NCBI GenBank assembly: GCA_043228905.1
Contig: JBHGNT010000174.1
Span: 1 to 61,196 of the forward strand
Reading direction: 5' to 3'
Length of the DNA: 61,196 nucleotides
Source: Azolla caroliniana
Taxonomy: Eukaryota > Plantae > Polypodiophyta
Of the stretch, positions 49,562 through 61,196 are shown in pieces; position 1 is the stretch's first letter; every line of letters begins with the position of its first letter. Made by a program: the position numbers and the translations under genes. Under the pieces are notes generated by a model. It made no database searches. It was given only the letters and a program-made list of their open reading frames with translations, and was not told the DNA's origin.

Positions 49562-49908
49562 TTGGCACTCAATCCGAGAGCACTTCCTCCTAATTCCTAA
49601 AAATAATCCCTTTTCTCAGTCTTCTCTCCCTCCTTTTATAGCTCAAGGAGATAGAGAGTTGTTAAATCATGTAGTTAAGTCAACCGCTTCCGACAGAGAT
49701 TTTCCTCGATTCCCTCACGTCAAACTCCCACATTCCTCTCTATCCGTGCGAGTCTTTAAAATGCCCATTAAACCCTACTACCTAGTAATTACTAGTCCTA
49801 TGTTATTACATGTTTCACATATAAAGGCTAAACTTTGTACATCCGTGTAGACACCCATTCCCGCGCGTCTCGCTCCATTTCCCTCTGTGGCCAAAATCCT
49901 TCACGACA
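47651..49908 (-). mobile_element. truncated Ty3/Gypsy element (5' LTR 49081-49908 + gag N-terminus), related to the element at 1-4354
   Basis: gag ORF from 48926 (..GRFNGKDVTSYLEVY..) continues at 47938-47708 past a MITE. LTR reads TGTCGTG...GTGACA on -, sharing TCTCTGTC.GAAG and CTATAAAA..GAGA(A)AGACTGAG with the LTR at 3640-4354. Confidence 0.85.
47939..48516. mobile_element. non-autonomous hAT-type DNA transposon (MITE), 578 bp
   Basis: TIRs CATAGTTC / GAACTATG. 8-bp TSD GTCGAGAG at 47931-47938 and 48517-48524. CGTA/TACG-rich subterminal motifs. Interrupts the gag frame. Confidence 0.92.
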
Positions 49909-50831
49909 ACATGGGAAAATGGGAGCTGCAAATTGTTCATATATATATAATTCTTAAAAAATGAATGTAAGTGAATGGCCTAGTGGTCAGGGCTATTCAA
50001 TGTGTGTAGGAGGTGTAGAGTTTGATTCATTTCCTAGAGTAGTCACATTAAAGTATATATTTTTTTTTTACTTTTATATGGGGAAAAGGACATCTACATT
50101 TAATGTAAATGAGGCGCCTCCCTCCCTATAAAAAGAGAGCGGGAGGCCTTATTTTGGTTCCTTCTTCTTTCATTCTTCGTTGTTAGGTGGTCTTGTTCGA
50201 CATTTTGGGAGCTTGGAGGTATTCATCTTCGTCTTCTTGGAGTTTTTCATGGGTTCTTCTTCATTTTCTTCTCTTCTTCAACTCTTCTTTGTCTTGGTTT
50301 TCGACACTCAACTGGAGGCAACAAGGAGATTGCAATCTAGCACACATGCTGTTCGTAGGGAGGACGTAGTGGCACAAGAACTCTACCCTGATTCAAAGCA
50401 TTGTAGCCATCAGAGGTAGTTGCGGACTTGGTGGCCCACTCGACTCGCATACATTGGAAGCTTCATTCCTCTCACTTTCTATCTCTTACTTGAGATGATG
50501 GTTAACTTGAGGTTGCCACCGTTGTATCCCCTCCCCTGTTGTAACTTGTAAACATTATTTTATAAAAGGCCCTCTAAATGTAATCCAACATCTACTTTTT
50601 AGTACAAGGCCATTTTGTCATAAACCCGTAGTCATCGCCTTAATCAAGTGATTAATCTCTCATGTAAGCATCTAAGACGATCTAGTTCGCATCGACGAAC
50701 CCCCATGATTTTGTGTTCCATGAGCATTCGCTTCTTTTCGTTTGTCTAACCTTTGCCTTGTTTCTTCAACTTCTTCATTTCCTCAACTAATTCATTCTTT
50801 GACTAGTTTGTTTCTTCGACATGAGGTTCCT

Positions 50832-52815
50832 TTGCCAAGGGGTTCTTCGACAAAAGGTTCCTTCAACAAGAGGTTTCCTCGACAAAGGCTTTCTTCGGCA
50901 AAGGTTTCTTCAACTAAAGGTAGCCTTCGAAGAGCTAGAGTCATCGATGTACACATCTTGTGGACTTGGAGACACTTTGACACCCGAGTCTTTTCGACTC
51001 TTAGATCTTTTCCACCCCATCCTTTCGAGTCCTCCTAAACTTTTTGATTCCCTAGTCCAAGACCCCGGTGTTTCTGCTCAGGTAGCACATGCACGAGCGT
51101 TTATGCAACAACGTAATACCCATAGTCGGTCCTATTGGGTTGTGTTGGGATGTGGAATTTGTGATGTGTTCCCTCACTTAGGATGCAATGGCCTCCACGC
51201 ATGCTACATATCCGATGTATACCATGATATGCGAAAGTCTTGAAGGAAAGGATTGCCAAATTATTCAATGGATCGCAAAAGTCTACAAGGTTGGTCACCT
51301 TCTATGCATCCACCCCGGTTGGACTATTGCCAAGGGGTTCTTCGACAAAAGGTTCCTTCAACAAGAGGTTTCCTCGACAAAGGCTTTCTTCGGCAAAGGT
51401 TTCTTCAACTAAAGGTAGCCTTCGAAGAGCTAGAGTCATCGATGTACACATCTTGTGGACTTGGAGACACTTTGACACCCGAGTCTTTTCGACTCTTAGA
51501 TCTTTTCCACCCCATCCTTTCGAGTCCTCCTAAACTTTTTGATTCCCTAGTCCAAGACCCCGGTGTTTCTGCTCAGGTAGCACATGCACGAGCGTTTATG
51601 CAACAACGTAATACCCATAGTCGGTCCTATTGGGTTGTGTTGGGATGTGGAATTTGTGATGTGTTCCCTCACTTAGGATGCAATGGCCTCCACGCATGCT
51701 ACATATCCGATGTATACCATGATATGCGAAAGTCTTGAAGGAAAGGATTGCCAAATTATTCAATGGATCGCAAAAGTCTACAAGGTTGGTCACCTTCTAT
51801 GCATCCACCCCGGTTGGACTATTGCCAAGGGGTTCTTCGACAAAAGGTTCCTTCAACAAGAGGTTTCCTCGACAAAGGCTTTCTTCGGCAAAGGTTTCTT
51901 CAACTAAAGGTAGCCTTCGAAGAGCTAGAGTCATCGATGTACACATCTTGTGGACTTGGAGACACTTTGACACCCGAGTCTTTTCGACTCTTAGATCTTT
52001 TCCACCCCATCCTTTCGAGTCCTCCTAAACTTTTTGATTCCCTAGTCCAAGACCCCGGTGTTTCTGCTCAGGTAGCACATGCACGAGCGTTTATGCAACA
52101 ACGTAATACCCATAGTCGGTCCTATTGGGTTGTGTTGGGATGTGGAATTTGTGATGTGTTCCCTCACTTAGGATGCAATGGCCTCCACGCATGCTACATA
52201 TCCGATGTATACCATGATATGCGAAAGTCTTGAAGGAAAGGATTGCCAAATTATTCAATGGATCGCAAAAGTCTACAAGGTTGGTCACCTTCTATGCATC
52301 CACCCCGGTTGGACTATTGCCAAGGGGTTCTTCGACAAAAGGTTCCTTCAACAAGAGGTTTCCTCGACAAAGGCTTTCTTCGGCAAAGGTTTCTTCAACT
52401 AAAGGTAGCCTTCGAAGAGCTAGAGTCATCGATGTACACATCTTGTGGACTTGGAGACACTTTGACACCCGAGTCTTTTCGACTCTTAGATCTTTTCCAC
52501 CCCATCCTTTCGAGTCCTCCTAAACTTTTTGATTCCCTAGTCCAAGACCCCGGTGTTTCTGCTCAGGTAGCACATGCACGAGCGTTTATGCAACAACGTA
52601 ATACCCATAGTCGGTCCTATTGGGTTGTGTTGGGATGTGGAATTTGTGATGTGTTCCCTCACTTAGGATGCAATGGCCTCCACGCATGCTACATATCCGA
52701 TGTATACCATGATATGCGAAAGTCTTGAAGGAAAGGATTGCCAAATTATTCAATGGATCGCAAAAGTCTACAAGGTTGGTCACCTTCTATGCATCCACCC
52801 CGGTTGGACTATTGC
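50832..52815. repeat. tandem array of four apparently identical 495-bp units
   Basis: Units start at 50832, 51327, 51822 and 52317, and the ORF track repeats with exact 495-bp period. The array is closed by TTGC (52812-52815), identical to the unit start. Confidence 0.97.
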
Positions 52816-54817
52816 GCATCTTCATCCAAAGCACCCAATGGCCCAAGTGCAAATGTGAGTATGAAAACGTAATCCCGCTCTTGCACACAACCGATAGATC
52901 CAAGCTTCAACATGCAAGTTGGAACCTATTATTTCGACTTGTCATACCAATATCGCAAACCATTAACACTTGTCATACTTAGTGTACAAAATGAACAAAC
53001 CCAAAACACTTTGGCATACATGGCTAACTTATTACATATTGTCATGTTTTGTTATCTTGTGGCTTTCCCAAATCCAATGTGGGTTTCAACTTGAATACAA
53101 CTAAAATGAATCATTAAAAATGTTAAGCCCATAAGTCGTAGTTTTGTGATTTGGTTTGGTTTGTCAAATCAAACCATTGTTGATTGCTATTGGTGGTGAG
53201 GAACATCAACAATATTTTATGTTTGTCTCATGTCTTTTGATGGAAAGTAGCTGGTATGGTTAAGCACACTAAACTCATTATTCTTTTCATCTCTCATATT
53301 TTGGTCATCATTAGTTTGATTTGAAATAATGATATAAAAGTACATATATGCACCAAAATGAATAGTATTCAAAGTTGTTATGCATGTCATTATTTGTGTC
53401 CAATAAAATGTGCATGTGACTATAAAACTAAAGGTTTTTGTCGAACATTTCTTCAATCTACTTCGCATTCTTCTTGTTGGGTTCGTTTCTCATGTGAGCT
53501 GATGTGACAAGTGTTTTGGCTTTATTTGGTTTTGAATATTGTTGTTGTTGCTATTCACTAAAATTGTTGAGTGAGAGCATAAATTTGATGAGGTTGTTAA
53601 AAGTAATCTCTGATGGCCATTTGACAATGTGACTTACTCAAGTATAAGCATAATTTAGCCCCACTAATAATAAGTAACCAATGATGGCAGGATTGACCTT
53701 TGAAATGACAATCAATCCAACCTTCGGTCTCTATAACAATGAAGGTGTACATGAAGATCATTGAAGGTCTTTTTAACCTAAACATGACATTCACCCGCCC
53801 AAATTCCGATAACATGGAAGTCCAACAACAAATACACCAACAGATGGAAAACGTGATGCATTCAATTGACAACCATAAATTCACATTTGATTATATGGTA
53901 CAATCAATTGAATGAATGATAAGCTAACCTAACCCTTGCCCCGACAATCAAATGCAATGTGGTGTGCAAGTTGCAACTGCTAAATCGTTAGTCAAATGTA
54001 AAATGTTTACACCATGCATCACAATATAAAGATATTCATCAAATATATAATGCCTACCTTCTTATATATAGATATATGTTTTTCAAAAAGTATTCCTAAC
54101 CTGAAAACTATTCCAAGGTCATCATGATTTCTTACTGTCTACGGGTGTATAGCTCTAAAATCAGAGTTAGCAATGTTCCAATATATATATATATATATAA
54201 TTCGCTACTCTTTCCAGTATCAACATTGTACTCAGCTCACAATCTCTTCATACAACGAGTAATGCCATTGCAACCTTCACTCCAACATAACATTAAATTT
54301 TAAGTGAAAATGGCCTTAAATCAGAACCCATTTGACAAAAAACTAAATGTAGAGCCTAATGTGATATTTTCACCTCACAACTCAATGCCCTATTGAAATT
54401 CACAGGCATCATATTATATTGGCTTCAATCATTTGCTGAGTATTGGAAATGCCAATAAATACGATAGATATACACAATGATTGAAGTAGGATAACAACAT
54501 GGCTACTAATGTGATGCTCACCTACAAAGTGTGATGCCATATTGAATTGTCGTTTGTTGCCATTATAGACGATGCACATAATCTTTCATGTTGTATAACA
54601 ACGTAAGCCTTATGTGATATTTCACTCCAAGAGTAATGGGATATTGAATTATCATCACATGAGCTTTTTAGTATTGGCCTTGTTGAGAATAGGCCATCGG
54701 ATTATATATTTTACACATGGTTAAATCAATTTTTGTTGGCCATTTCAATTTGCCATTACAGATTTAATAGATTTATGGAGTCTATTCTCAAGGATAATAA
54801 CTTTTTACCATGGCATG

Positions 54818-57800
54818 CTAGTTTGGTGAAGCATTCTTGCTATAGTCCTTAGCAAATATCGCAAATCTGTCGAGATCTTTCTGGAGAACGCTCTCAACCA
54901 ATGGTGATACGGACTGCAAGGATTATAATAGACACAAGAATCTTTTGTCATCAAAATCTAAACATTTGCCAAAACTACCAAGCTCTAACTCAATTCCATG
55001 GGGTGAAGTAGGATTGAAAAATGAGTATACCGCGAGTAAAGGAGCCAGCACATCTGGTACCTCATATGAAATGGTTAGCTGCAACTCATTATTTTGATCA
55101 TATCAAAATCTTCTTTCTCTAATTTAGGCCACAAAAATCTCTTAAGAAGTCTTTGTAACAACATTTACCTGAACTAGTACAGATGATGTACCTCGGGGAT
55201 AGAAACGAACAGTGCCCCTGATATAATACAACCCAAACAAAGATTTTAATTTGTTTAAAATATTTGCATAATATAGCATTTTAATATTTTTGTTATACAT
55301 AGATATTTTCATTTTCCACATTTCAGAACATTTAGAGAACAGAACCCAGCAGAGAAGCAATACAAAGGATTGGATACAAATTAATGCTATTAAGTCAAAT
55401 TAATCATGATTTACAAGACACATTTTAGAGAGTGAACTCTCAACATAACCTATATCCCCCAAAGAGAGGCCTATTGGGGTTTGGCTAGAGGTTCAGTTTC
55501 ATCCTATAATACACACCTAGGACCATCTAGCATATACTTTAGATTAGGCATGTGCAGTATAATAGTCCTAGAATGTAATATTGTCACTGTACAGCCAGCA
55601 CGAACATCTAGCATATACCTTAAATTAGGAATCTGCAGTATAATAGCCCTAGTTTGTAATGTTGTCACTGTATAGGCAGCACAAGGATGCACCCATCATG
55701 AAGCTCACAGCTGAACCAAACAGAGTTGATGAATAAAAAGGACATGCCACACTGAGCTACTAGCTAGGTCATTAGCATGATAACAAGCTAGTAGAGTATG
55801 TCAACGCAGAAAAATACTTAGCCAAAAAGAACACTATGACATCCTTTTTTCAGTCTTATGTTAGATCAGGACAAGTACGTCAGAAAATCCAAGGTCAGAA
55901 GTTCTTGAGGCAATGCATAGTAGAAAAAAATAAAGCTACTTTTATATCTGATTGATTTAAATAGACAATTAGGTTACATTAACAGATAGAAATTTGGAGT
56001 ACAGCATATGCAGTCTTTTTTCTTTATCTCATGTAAAATTCAGAATAGAACAAGTGTACTTGTTTGGTAAAACGAAATGGTGGTTCCATTTTCCAGCATC
56101 AGCAAAAAGCAAGTCTAAATTATGATGAGCACTACTGCACTGGCATTACCTCTGTTATTGTTATCGCCGAGAAATATTACCATGACATTAGAAATTTTGG
56201 TTTTCCAGAATAAATTTAAAATCTAGTATAGCAAGGATATGCTTGAACCTGCTCTGTAGGCCATCCATAGATCGCCAATGAATCTTCTGGTGATAAATGG
56301 GCTATAAACAAAACGAAAAATGAATCAGATGTACTCAATCCTACCTTAAAAAGTCTATAAATTAATATCCAGTAACAACTGGTTTCTGGTAATAAATATC
56401 CTTAAGTATGGATAAATGCTCAACTTGCTCTAGAAAATTATATGGTTTGTGCATAAAAATATCTAATTCTTTTACGAGCTTCCATCTAGCATGGACAAAT
56501 TTGTTTCTAGAAAACAATCACATTTATGCAGTGGCCAGAGGGTCAAGTGCTAGATTGTAGGTTCAGAGACAAATTGATGAGATTCTGTTGTTCGGAGGTA
56601 CATCACATGTCTTTTACTTAGGATTGTTGGTGCGCTTGTCTATGGCTTGTAGTATATCATGTGCATAGATCCTAAAACCTAGTGCCATGAAAGAGAGACC
56701 GTAGAAGATGAAAAAGAACGAAAACGCACAAATGTATAAACAAACCTATATGCACATAAAATGAGAACCTCCTGAGTGTCCTACATATAAAAGGTGAGAA
56801 TCTAGATGCTCAAAAATGAGTTGTTGAATGCATAGGAGGGAAAATGACGCACCCTATTTATATTTAATAGGGCCCAGGGCAGCAAACCTGTCCAAGAACA
56901 CAACTAGTGTGAAATCTTATAATCATACTATTAACAACAGCAAAAATATGCAGAAACGTAAAACAAAATGTATCCCAAGTTGCCAACACTGATGCTCATG
57001 ACAAGCAAAATAAAAAGCCTTTTCCTTCCACAGAAATGGTATTACCTGTAAAAGCTTTGCACTGAACTTGAACTCAAAATCTTGTCCAAATGTACTATAC
57101 TTCAATACCCATTCAGATATTTGAGGGTTATCCTTTGAAACCTATAAATCCCATTCAATTATGTTTCATTGCCATGCATACCCACAAAGAGTTAGAATTG
57201 CAAACAATCTGAAAGGCATTTATCACAAACCTTAATAAAGTGAATCCATGGCATCCAACGATTAATTCCCTCTTTATCAAACCAGAGATCCCAAGCCAAG
57301 GAGAGAGGTACTGCAACTTCAACTTGAGCACTGCATAACATAATGAATATACTTCTAAACATCAAATATTCAGAGTAGAAAAAAAACTATTCATACACAA
57401 TTCCTTTCCTACTATTTAAATATTATATTAGAAACAAGAAAGCTCAAAGCAGTTTAACAACCTTCAAGCCTTAAGTTCACAATGCATTCAACTGCATTGA
57501 ACGCAAACGTTATAGGATTGATGGCCCAAATCAAGCGTTTCAAATGTGACATTGGTGCATTGATCCCAAACCAAGTTTGCCTCCCAATACCTATTCATCC
57601 TAATACCAAACTACAGATTTCTTTTAGCACAACCATGAAACTTGCTGAAATAGCAAAATTCCTGCCGCCATCCATGCCCAAAAGTTTTTGCTTTTTTGCC
57701 TTTTCTTTTGGAGGGAGAGGTGATCATGTTTCAACTGTGACTAGTTGCATGATAATCAAGCAAATAGCATACCTAGATATTGATTGAGTGCAAATTGTTT

Positions 57801-59705
57801 GTGGGTGGACATGTCTAGAGATTCTTGATGTAAACAAACAATTAACTGTAATACTGAAGTACGCAGTTCTCATGAAACTTGCAGAAATAGCGAAATTTCT
57901 GCCACCATCCATGTCGGAATGTTTTTGCCTTTCGCCTTTTCTTTTGGAAGAAGAGGTGAGCATGTTTCAACTGTGAATAGTTGCGTGAATAATCAAGAAA
58001 ATAGCATGTCTAGAGTTTCCTTGAGTGCAAATAACCAGCCTCACACTAACCAATGACTGCTTAACAATGATTAACGCACAATATCAAGATAGAAAGCATA
58101 TGATTAACAATCATTACTAGTAACAGTAGAAAAGTACAAAAGATAGAAAGAAATGGCAAGGGATGGCTTTAACTATACATTCTAAATGTAACAGATCAGT
58201 TTGATGTTGATGTAGATCTTGCCTTTGTTTTCGCACTCACATAGCTGGGGTGTAATGTCAGAGGTCAAAGAGATCAACACATCAGCATGCTTTGGGATTG
58301 CTCACTTTGACCCACAATTTTTGTCAATTCCATTAAGCCACAAACACTTGTAAAATATTATGTCCATATTCGTGGGAATGGTTGCTAGTGCTTAGGAGAC
58401 ACAAAATGTGCTATAATGACAGGCAATAATGATGGCATAAAAGCAAACCCAGATGCTACAAGTCACATGCAAATAAATGGTGTGGAGGAGAATTTGAAAT
58501 ACAGTGTATAAGCCTTTGTTGGTTGTGTTCCTTGGTCCACGTAAGATCGGGTAGAAAGGAAGGATGTCGAATTGTGGTGGTTACAAATAATAAGTTAGTC
58601 TTCATAACAGCTATTGAAAAGGTACAGAGCACGTGGCATCGAGGGAGGGGGTGATGGACCCAAGGTTATTGTTAGTTGATTTGTCAATGAATATAATACT
58701 TAGCATGGGATTTAAGCCTCCTTGAAGTGATGTTTTGTATTAAATGTGGGTAAACTCTCACCCAGGGATATTGAGCAGCAAAAAAAAATTGCTTCTACTA
58801 AGAATACGAGGATCATTTTTCATCCTATTGCGGACCACACCTCGATGTAATAGCTGCAGCAAGGACATTACGTCGAGATATGTACGTGTAGACTTCGTAT
58901 AGTGGGTGTTCAAGGATAGGCAACATGTGTGGTTAATCGTCCAGCAACATGACCAAGATGTCAATGTGATGATTGCATAGCTCCAGTTATTGTCCAATGC
59001 AACCTGATCAGTGATCACGTAGCGCCATCATCCATGGAGGATCAAAAGATGGCGAGAAATACAAGAAAAAAACTGACGAGATTCAACCTTATCACTTCAA
59101 CAAAACAAGCCCAAGTCAGGCTGATACCATCAAATGCCACACCATTGCTACGGTCATACTCCATTGCTGCTACTGTGCGGAGTCTTCTCTCTATTGTATC
59201 ATCTAGTTAGATACATGCCACTGTGGTTTGTGTATGTATTTCAAATTTTCTACATTTCTTGTCTTCATAAAAAGGAAACAAAGATCTAAAACTTATATTA
59301 TATAAACCATTCAGCTTATGCTTGCTTGTATCAGGATTCTGATGAGACAAAAAGAAGGTTTTGAATCATTTTTGCTGAAGTTTGTGTCAGTATCATGATG
59401 AGACAAAACTAATGTTTAAAAGAAGGCGAAAAGAACAGATGAACATACCTGCTATCAAGCCATTGACTAGCGGTCCAGCGAGTTCCATTAGAGATCCAAA
59501 TTAGTCCGTCCTTATCCTTCTTCTTATTCTTCTTCTTCATCATCGTCATTTTCCGATTGGAAAGAGCCCGTAGACCTGCAGAAACAGGGTGTGATAGATC
59601 CAGGGGGGATGTAGTGCTTGGCCATGAGGAGAGCTTTGTGTGCAGAATTGAAGGGATGGGCTGTAATGTGGTTAAGCCACAGGAAGCTGTGAGCATGGCA
59701 GCCAT
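54818..59705 (-). CDS. SRPBCC/START-fold polyketide cyclase/dehydrase-like protein, copy B; 7 exons, ~232 aa
   Basis: Exons on -: 59705-59449, 57330-57231, 57141-57046, 56301-56249, 55217-55169, 55078-55031, 54913-54818. All GT-AG, open frame, same phases as copy A. Confidence 0.9.
55524..55682. repeat. ~81-bp imperfect direct repeat in a copy-B-specific intron 4 segment
   Basis: CATCTAGCATATAC...TTGTCACTGTA.AG.CAGCAC occurs twice. The segment ~55490-55825 has no counterpart in copy A. Confidence 0.75.
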
Positions 59706-60234
59706 TGTTGGAATTTTTAGCTTGGAAATGTCTGATCAGAAGGACATACACATCTCATCAATGATCATCACAACACTAACCAAATCATACTTACATACAT
59801 ACATACATACATAAATATCTGATCAGAATGGCATACAGATCGCTCAGAGTGCGATCTGCACTGTCCGATTTGGATAAAAAAAAGAACGCGTGAAAGAAAA
59901 AGCTGTCGGAGGTCGCCCAACTCTGATCGTTGCAGTTCGCCCAATCGATTCAAAAAACTTAGTCCAAACAACAAAAAATCATCTTAAAACATAAAAACTT
60001 CAAAACATACACAAACTTAGACCTAACAGCAAAAAATCAACTTTAAACATAAATCGGGATGGAGTGTTATCGGGATGATTAGTCCCCGATTAAAACGAGG
60101 GTTTAGTGTTTTTAATGATTAAAACAAGGGGCGCTGGTTAAAACTCTATGAAGATTTGAGATTAATTCCCTACGCTCAAATGCATATTAATATGACAATT
60201 ATTTTTGTTGTTTAATCATTTCAGGTTGTTGGTA

Positions 60235-60420
60235 GCTGGCAGTTGGAAGACCTGTTGAGAAAGTTGGGCGGTCTTATTAAAATAGGTTAGGCAACTTGGT
60301 AATAGGTTGGACGACATGATTAAAATAGGTTGGGCAACTTGATAATAAGTTGGACAACCTGATTAAATTAGGTTGGGTGACCTAATAATTGGTTAGACGA
60401 CTTGATTATTTGGTTGAACA
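60235..60420. repeat. degenerate ~20-22 bp tandem repeat (AGGTTGGGCAACTTGAT-like)
   Basis: About 8-9 diverged units visible. Confidence 0.7.
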
Positions 60421-60453
60421 AAATTGTATGCAATGAATCATGGACTTGAGATC

Positions 60454-61196
60454 TGTAAAGAATCGAGTATGATTCGTGTGTAGCGGAAGCGATGTGTGTT
60501 ATGTGTGAGAGAAAGGAGAGAAGAGAAGAGAAACACAAGATAGATAAGCTAGAGAAATGAAATACTCAAGAAGAAGAATGTGTATATTGACAAGTAAAAT
60601 AGCAAATACAAAATGTAGCATTACAAGGAGTCACAACCAACGTAATATGAAGTATGGGGAGGGTGCTTTATATATAGTCACCCTCTCTCTTCATTAACTA
60701 ACTATAACAACTACTCTACTCTCTCTTGGGAAATGTAAAGACTCATAGTCATGGGGAATATGTAACTCATTCGTTATGTTGTCACAAAATATGATTCTAT
60801 GACACATAGTTAATGTGTAGATAGTAGTGGTGTGACACTTGACCTTTGAGTAATCATAGATTCTCAAAAGGTGTGTTCACACGTTGCACTATGTTGAGCT
60901 TGATTCTCAACAAGATCAAAAACTTGAGATTGACAACAACATTCTCTAATTTGCTCACACTTGAGATTCAACAAGAACTTCAGATAAACTATTTTCATTT
61001 TTTGAATCATGGATGCGTTGGATCAAAAACTCGAGGAAGAAAAGAAGAAAGTGACGTGTGCCGCACATGAAGAAGCCTCCCACGCCTATAAAAGGAAGCA
61101 TAATGCATATACCAAATAGTGCACACACAAGAAAACATAGAGAATCATGAGAAAACAAAGGTCGTTTGGCATCACTATTTTCTTATAGTACTACAT
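60454..61196 (-). mobile_element. probable LTR (60454-60837) plus adjacent internal sequence of a retroelement extending out of the window
   Basis: TGTAAAG...GTGTGACA boundaries. GCGGAAG near one end, as in the Copia LTRs at 6859 and 20346. TATA on - at ~60668. No coding motif seen. Confidence 0.45.

Larger units (their letters stand above)
53430..59810. repeat. tandem segmental duplication, unit B
   Basis: Colinear with 34140-47650 but lacking the Copia/LINE insertion. Confidence 0.9.

Noticed and set aside
4355-49913. ACATG follows both the LTR ending at 4354 and the LTR ending at 49908, suggesting one element split by an inversion
   Set aside because: An inverted 5' LTR would need CATGT on the + strand, and the two LTRs are only distantly similar. 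Treated as coincidence.
51253-52728. Repeated 161-aa ORFs as a gene family
   Set aside because: Non-ATG starts, no recognisable domain, and they span unit junctions; a by-product of the tandem array.
50758-52815. CRISPR-like array
   Set aside because: The short repeats are contiguous and diverged with no unique spacers, the long units are identical throughout, there are no cas genes and the context is eukaryotic.

Overview
Eukaryotic land-plant nuclear DNA; a non-seed plant such as a fern is my inference from the retroelement types. Bases 1-21.3 kb are a nest of decayed LTR retrotransposons: a Gypsy inside a Copia, then a second Copia carrying a two-LTR Gypsy (TSD AGCCT) and a solo LTR (TSD GTACT). 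Four intact spliced genes follow: an 11-exon uracil phosphoribosyltransferase (UPP)-like gene (+, 24278-27295) with altered PRPP-binding motifs; a 9-exon TBCC-domain gene (-, 29619-33461); and two tandem 7-exon copies of a plastid-type SRPBCC/START (polyketide cyclase-like) gene (-, 36579-47555 and 54818-59705). Copy A has a Copia with a nested LINE in intron 1, and its upstream region is replaced by a truncated Gypsy (LTR + gag) holding a hAT MITE. A perfect 4 x 495 bp array lies between the copies. The most unusual signal is the Gypsy at 11939-19547: it has no polypurine tract and instead carries a second, inverted tRNA-3'-end-like site abutting the 3' LTR. All family assignments come from motif recall and manual translation; no database searches were run.
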